A program made the position numbers and the translations under genes. The notes beneath the pieces were generated by a model. The model saw only the letters and a program-made list of their open reading frames with translations. It was not told where the DNA came from and did not search any database. A stretch of DNA of 64,000 nucleotides, taken from NCBI GenBank assembly GCA_021817345.1, contig JAKAVC010000134.1, positions 4,311 through 68,310 on the forward strand, written 5' to 3'. Positions within the stretch are counted from its first letter, which is position 1. Every line of letters begins with the position of its first letter. Below are positions 59,252 through 64,000 of this stretch, piece after piece. Source of the DNA: Deltaproteobacteria bacterium. Its GTDB lineage: Bacteria > Desulfobacterota > Binatia > Binatales > Binataceae.

Positions 59252-59443
59252 TCAGATGACGTCGTTGCAGGTCCTTAGAAAGCCGCATCGGAGGCACACG
59301 TACTTGCAATGGCCCATCGGCTTCATTGCCGAGCCGCACGCGTCTCATCGCGCGCTTTCGTCGCGATAACGGCCCGATACCTCGCGGCCCTCGCCCGCTT
59401 CGGCATAATTGACGGAGTCCGAACTGTCCTTCTCCTTCGCCAT
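59252..59443 (-). CDS. small zinc-finger protein with in-frame TGA at codon 33 (candidate selenoprotein; alternatively a pseudogene)
   Basis: Manual translation: MAKEKDSSDSVNYAEAGEGREVSGRYRDESAR*DACGSAMKPMGHCKYVCLRCGFLRTCNDVI. Purine-rich GAGGGGAAGG lies upstream of ATG 59443. Confidence 0.72.
59306..59329 (-). promoter_or_regulatory. candidate bacterial SECIS hairpin
   Basis: mRNA GCAAUG-AA-GCC-GAUG-GGC-CAUUGC; the apical loop begins with G, at nucleotide 27 after the UGA. Confidence 0.5.
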
Positions 59444-59663
59444 CGCGCCACCTTCCCCTCGTAACCGATAGCCGAGCCGGCCGCCGTTTGCGAGAAAACG
59501 CGCGATGCGCTTTTCTTACCAGACGCCATACCCGAAAGGATTGACGGAGCCTCGGGCGGGCGGCGATTCTATCCGAACTGGAGGCTGTCCATGGCTCGCG
59601 CCCTTGACTGAGCCTCGAATTTAAGGCTTTTCAAGAGGCTCGTCAGGACAGGAGCACAGGTTG

Positions 59664-60104
59664 ATGATTAAGATTGCGAACATTCTCTATGCCACCGACT
59701 TCTCCCCGTACGCGGATCGGGTTCTGGAGCACGCCACCACGATGGCTCACCTCTACAGCTCCAAGCTCTACATGGTCCACGTGATCAGGAACCCCGCCGA
59801 CAAGGTTTACGGCACGCTGCACGGCGATTACCACGCGCTTATCGAGGGTGCCCGTAAGAAGGCGGCCGAACTGATGGCGCGCTACGACGACCAGGTCAAG
59901 GATCTGCTCCATGAAGCGATTTACAAGGAGGGCGACCCGGTTTACGAAATCCTGCGCGTGATAGACGAAAAGAAAATCGACCTCGTGGTTATCGGCTCGC
60001 ACGGCGAAGGCCCGCTTGAGCATCTGCTGATGGGCAGCACTTGCGACAAGGTGGTGCGCAGCGCGCCCTGCCCCGTCCTGGTGGTGCGCTATCCGCGCAA
60101 ATAG
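59664..60104 (+). CDS. universal stress protein (UspA family)
   Basis: Motifs ILYATDFS, GDP, DLVVIGSHG and GSTCDKVVRSAPCPVLVV. Confidence 0.94.
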   Translation: MIKIANILYATDFSPYADRVLEHATTMAHLYSSKLYMVHVIRNPADKVYGTLHGDYHALIEGARKKAAELMARYDDQVKDLLHEAIYKEGDPVYEILRVIDEKKIDLVVIGSHGEGPLEHLLMGSTCDKVVRSAPCPVLVVRYPRK

Positions 60105-60272
60105 CCTGGTCTGACCTGATTTTCCCGGCACGCCGCCGGACCGATGCTTTACAGGGCGCGTCCGGCGGCACGCGCGTGGCTGATTCGCGATACGCCTGCG
60201 CTTGGACAGTCCGCGCGGTTGTCGGATAATACGATTTCCTATCCCGACAGGTGAGGTGGCACGTCCCTCGCG

Positions 60273-61682
60273 ATGGCGGCTGAGACCCTTTTTGAGAAAA
60301 TCTGGAAGAATCACGTCGTTTTCGAGCGGCCCGGCGAACCTGCGCTGCTCTATATCGACCTGCATCTGATCCACGAGGTTACTTCCCCTCAGGCGTTCGA
60401 GGCGCTGCGCAACAGCGGCCGCAAGGTGCGGGTGCCCGCGCGCACCTTCGGAACGCTCGATCATAACGTCCCGACCACGGACCGATCGCTGCCTATCGAG
60501 GACCCCGACTCGCGCATTCAGGTCGAGATGATGCGGCGCAATTGCCGCGAGTTCGGCGTCCCGTTGTTCGATCTCGGCTCGCGCGAGCAGGGTATCGTCC
60601 ACGTGATCGGCCCCGAACTCGGCCTCACCCAGCCCGGGATGACCATCGTATGCGGCGACAGCCAAGATCCGACCCACGGCGCGGTCGGCGCGCTCGCCTT
60701 CGGAATCGGCACCAGCGAGGTCGAGCACGTGCTGGCCACGCAATGCCTGTGGCAGAGCCGGCCGAAGACGATGGAGATTCGGGTCGACGGCCATCTGAAG
60801 CCCGGCGTCGCCGCAAAGGACCTTATTCTCGGGATTATCGGCCGTATCACCACCGACGGCGCGACCGGATGCGTCGTCGAATATCGCGGCGCGGCGTTCG
60901 AGGCGCTCTCGGTCGAAGAGCGGATGACCGTCTGCAACATGTCGATCGAAGCGGGCGCGCGCGCCGGGATGATCGCCGTCGATGAAAAGACGATCGATTA
61001 CCTGCGGGGACGGCGTTTCGCGCCCAAGGGCGCCGAATTCGACAAGGCCGCCGCGAAATGGCGCGAGCTTAGAAGCGACGAAGGCGCCAGATTCGACAAA
61101 AGCGTCCGCTTCGACGCGGCCTCTTTCGCGCCGCAGGTCACCTGGGGCACCAATCCCGGGATGGTCGTCGAGGTCACGGGCAAGGTTCCCGACCCCGCTG
61201 CGGTAAGCGATCCAAGTGAGCGCCGCGCAATCGAACGGGCACTGGAATACATGGGACTCGAGCCGAATGTGCCGATCCAGGACATCAGGATAGACCGCGT
61301 CTTTATCGGCTCCTGCACCAACTCGCGGATAAGCGACCTCAAGGCCGCCGCTGAGATAGTGCGCGGCCGCAAAGTTGCCGCGAGCGTCAACGCGATGGTT
61401 GTTCCGGGCTCGGAGCTGGTCAAGGAAGAAGCCGAAAAGCTGGGCCTGGACAAGATCTTTCGCGAAGCGGGCTTCGAATGGCGCGAGCCGGGATGCAGCA
61501 TGTGCCTCGGCATGAATCCCGACATCCTGAGGCCGGGCGAGCGATGCGCCAGCACGTCGAACCGCAATTTCGAGGGACGCCAGGGCAAGGGCGGGCGAAC
61601 CCATCTGGTGAGCCCCCAGATGGCGGCGGCCGCCGCACTCGCGGGCCATTTCGTCGATATCCGCGACTGGCCGAAAAACTAA
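60273..61682 (+). CDS. leuC: 3-isopropylmalate dehydratase large subunit (altered active-site motif)
   Basis: Motifs [25 protein letters not shown] and [12 protein letters not shown]; the DSHT motif reads DSQD. Confidence 0.95.
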   Translation: MAAETLFEKIWKNHVVFERPGEPALLYIDLHLIHEVTSPQAFEALRNSGRKVRVPARTFGTLDHNVPTTDRSLPIEDPDSRIQVEMMRRNCREFGVPLFDLGSREQGIVHVIGPELGLTQPGMTIVCGDSQDPTHGAVGALAFGIGTSEVEHVLATQCLWQSRPKTMEIRVDGHLKPGVAAKDLILGIIGRITTDGATGCVVEYRGAAFEALSVEERMTVCNMSIEAGARAGMIAVDEKTIDYLRGRRFAPKGAEFDKAAAKWRELRSDEGARFDKSVRFDAASFAPQVTWGTNPGMVVEVTGKVPDPAAVSDPSERRAIERALEYMGLEPNVPIQDIRIDRVFIGSCTNSRISDLKAAAEIVRGRKVAASVNAMVVPGSELVKEEAEKLGLDKIFREAGFEWREPGCSMCLGMNPDILRPGERCASTSNRNFEGRQGKGGRTHLVSPQMAAAAALAGHFVDIRDWPKN

Positions 61683-61849
61683 CGCCGCGGCAGGTTCGCG
61701 AACACGGCGATCGCCCGTCTTCCGAAGGCGTTACAGACCGCTCCTTTTCCTGATAAGGGATTAAGAGCCAGGTTTCCGGGAAACCAGATACCGACGAACC
61801 TCGAACCTCAAGCCACTGACAGGGTAACCGCGGGAGAATCGATTCAGCG

Positions 61850-62440
61850 ATGCAAGCGTTCAAAAATTTCACCGGACTGGTCGCGCCTCTCGATCGTCCC
61901 AACGTCGATACCGATCAGATCATTCCCAAGCAGTTCCTGAAGGCCGTCGTGCGGACCGGACTCGGCAAGGGACTCTTTTACGACTGGCGCAACCAGCCCG
62001 ACAACCGGTTCGTGCTTGACCAGGAGCGTTTCCAGAAAGCGACGATACTGGTCGCACGGGCCAATTTCGGGTGCGGCAGTTCGCGCGAGCATGCGGTCTG
62101 GGCGCTGGCCGACTTCGGATTCAAGGCGATAATTGCGCCGTCCTTTGCCGACATCTTCCGCAACAACTGCCTCAAAAACGGGATGCTGCCGATTATCCTC
62201 AAGCCTGAGGAGGTCGAGGCGATTTTCCAGGACGTCAAGCGCCACGAAGGCTACGCGCTCACCGTCGATCTGCCCGCGCAGACGGTGTCGGACGAATTCG
62301 GATGGTCGGCGCGGTTCGAAATCGAGCCGTTCGCAAAAAAATGCCTGCTCGAAGGACTGGACGACGTCGCGCTGACCCTCGTCCACGAAAAGGAGATAAG
62401 CGCCTTCGAGAAGGCGCATCCGGTTCCTTACAAATCCTAG
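61850..62440 (+). CDS. leuD: 3-isopropylmalate dehydratase small subunit
   Basis: Motifs [24 protein letters not shown] and SFADIF. Confidence 0.96.
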   Translation: MQAFKNFTGLVAPLDRPNVDTDQIIPKQFLKAVVRTGLGKGLFYDWRNQPDNRFVLDQERFQKATILVARANFGCGSSREHAVWALADFGFKAIIAPSFADIFRNNCLKNGMLPIILKPEEVEAIFQDVKRHEGYALTVDLPAQTVSDEFGWSARFEIEPFAKKCLLEGLDDVALTLVHEKEISAFEKAHPVPYKS

Positions 62441-62572
62441 CCCGGGGTGCGCGCGACGGCGAATTTTTCGCCGTTCTGCATTATATTATTTGTAAGGCTT
62501 CAGGTTTCCTGCTCTGCTTTTTCAGCGGCCAAATCCGCCGTGACGCGCGAAGCCCGCGAATAGTGAATTTCG

Positions 62573-63631
62573 TTGGCGACAGTACCTGATCTCAAGCACG
62601 CGGACGCACCCACGACTCCGATTCTGCCGGCGCTGCTGACTGCGGAAAGCGGGGACGACCGGATGCGGCTTGACGTGTTCGTCGCGGCACGGCTCTATCC
62701 AGAGTTCACGCGTTCGCAGGTCGCGCGGATGATCAAGGCGCATCTCGTCATGTTGAACGGCGAGCCCGCGCGCGCCTCGGCCGGTGTCAGAACCGGGGAC
62801 CGGGTGGAGATTCTGGCGCCGCGCCCGGCCGAAGCGCCCGAGTTGACCGCTAGCGCGCCGGATATCGCCGTCATGTACGCCGATGACGAGATAATCGTGG
62901 TCAACAAGCCGGCCGGCATGACGGTGCATCCCGCGCCCGGCCATCCCGACGCCACTTTGGTTGATGCGCTGCTCGCGCGCTTTCCGGAGCTTGCCCGGAT
63001 GGCGGAGCCGGACGGCGTGCTCCGGCCCGGAATCGTGCATCGGCTGGACAAGGAAACCTCGGGCGTGATGGTCGTCGCGCGCACGCCGTTCGCAAAGGCC
63101 TCGCTTTCGAACCAATTTAAGGAGCGCACGGTAAAAAAGGTCTATCTCGCGATCGTGCGCGGCACGGTCTCGCGCGAGAGGCTTACAATCTCGCGCCCGG
63201 TCGGCCGCCATCCGGTGGACCGCAAGCGTTTCTCGATAAGCTCGCATGCGGGGCGCGAGGCGGTGACGCACGTGATCGTGCTGAGGCGTTTCGCGCCGGT
63301 CGAACCCGACGGCGAGCCGGCCTCGATGGTCGCGGCGATACCGGAAACGGGGCGGACGCATCAGATTCGCGTGCATCTCGCCTCGATCGGGCATCCGTGC
63401 CTCGGCGACAAGCTTTACGGCGCACAGTCGAAGCGCGCCCGTGCGGGCTCCCGTTACGGTTTCGAACGCCATGCGCTGCACGCGCTTGCGCTTGCGTTCG
63501 CCCATCCGAGGAGCCGCGAGCGGTTGAAGTTTATCGCGCCTCTTGCGGAGGACTTCACGCGCTACCTGGAAAGCGTGGCGGCGAGCTTCGACGAGAAGGC
63601 GCTCGAGCGCCTCGTGGCGAATCTGAACTGA
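62573..63631 (+). CDS. rluD: RluA-family pseudouridine synthase (RluD-like, with S4 domain)
   Basis: S4 motif RLD; VNKPAGMTVHP, GIVHRLDKETSG, TGRTHQIRVH and ALHA. Confidence 0.88.
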   Translation: MATVPDLKHADAPTTPILPALLTAESGDDRMRLDVFVAARLYPEFTRSQVARMIKAHLVMLNGEPARASAGVRTGDRVEILAPRPAEAPELTASAPDIAVMYADDEIIVVNKPAGMTVHPAPGHPDATLVDALLARFPELARMAEPDGVLRPGIVHRLDKETSGVMVVARTPFAKASLSNQFKERTVKKVYLAIVRGTVSRERLTISRPVGRHPVDRKRFSISSHAGREAVTHVIVLRRFAPVEPDGEPASMVAAIPETGRTHQIRVHLASIGHPCLGDKLYGAQSKRARAGSRYGFERHALHALALAFAHPRSRERLKFIAPLAEDFTRYLESVAASFDEKALERLVANLN

Positions 63632-63638
63632 CGAGACG

Positions 63639-63667
63639 TTGACAGGGTTCGCGGGCTCGGTTAGCGT
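63639..63667 (+). promoter_or_regulatory. sigma70-type promoter
   Basis: Perfect -35 TTGACA (63639-63644), 17-nt spacer, -10 TAGCGT (63662-63667). Confidence 0.65.
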
Positions 63668-63674
63668 TTAGTAA

Positions 63675-63830
63675 AGCTTCCGCGCTTGGGACGCTGGGGT
63701 TAGACCGACCACCGCCGTTCTTCGGCCAACCCAAGACAGCCGAATAAGCGGCTTCATCGTACCGTGACCCGGTCGTGCGGGTTTTTCGGTGTATCGGCTC
63801 AAGAGTTTCACCCCAACACAAGCGGAAATC
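63675..63830 (+). ncRNA. candidate structured RNA (sRNA or 5' leader), family unidentified
   Basis: Starts at the expected transcription start of the promoter. The 5' and 3' ends pair over a long stem and enclose internal hairpins. Confidence 0.45.
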
Positions 63831-63930
63831 ATATCACGATCCTAACCCGTCGCTGTTGAACGAATGTTCAACGGCCGAATCACGATAAATGGAGAACTCA
63901 GAAGAAAGAATCAGATCCCGGGGAAGGCAT

Positions 63931-64000
63931 ATGGCCAGGGGAAGAGGCGCATCCAAGCAGCATGAGATGCACGAGCCGGTGGGAGCAGTGGCCCCGATGC
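63931..64000 (+). CDS. 5' fragment of an unidentified gene (runs off the window)
   Basis: GGGGAAGG before ATG 63931 (an in-frame ATG also lies at 63889); the frame is open to the window end: MARGRGASKQHEMHEPVGAVAPM. Confidence 0.45.
   Translation, partial: MARGRGASKQHEMHEPVGAVAPM

Noticed and set aside
59323-59529. 68-aa ORF called in the dinB-USP gap
   Set aside because: Arg/Ala-rich with no motif. It overlaps, in another frame, the better-supported zinc-finger ORF at 59252..59443.
1-64000. CRISPR arrays, IS elements, prophage genes, rRNA genes
   Set aside because: No regularly spaced repeats, transposase, integrase or phage motifs, or rRNA signatures were recognised on reading.

Overview
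GC-rich chromosomal origin region of a diderm bacterium with deltaproteobacteria-like gene order, possibly Candidatus Binatota (inferred, not verified). Left part: 5' end of dnaN, dnaA with a bipartite oriC, hemL-atpZ-atpI-atpB-atpE, an Smr protein, AsmA, mutS2, a carboxyltransferase, a phosphoesterase, fumC and a ferredoxin. Then rpmH-rnpA-yidD-yidC-jag, and mnmE-mnmG-rsmG-parA-parB-tag with two parS sites. Middle: an accessory three-gene restriction-modification-like module flanked by a duplicated tag fragment, a class III CoA-transferase pair, an alkaline-phosphatase-family protein, a formyltransferase, a beta-propeller protein and a radical SAM protein. Right part: gap-pgk-tpiA-secG-tRNA-Leu, tolQRAB-pal-cpoB-ribF, an LLM oxidoreductase, a hemD-hemE fusion with hemH-hemG-dinB, a universal stress protein, leuCD and a RluA-family pseudouridine synthase. 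Best new lead: an uncalled 63-aa zinc-finger microprotein (59252..59443, minus strand) with an in-frame TGA at the first Cys of a CxxC motif and a SECIS-like hairpin, a candidate new selenoprotein. Other leads are the apparently split methyltransferase plus GIY-YIG-helicase defence module, a promoter-driven structured RNA at about 63675..63830, and an rnpA with no canonical start codon. No CRISPR array, transposase, integrase or prophage was recognised. All calls come from reading the sequence; no searches were run.
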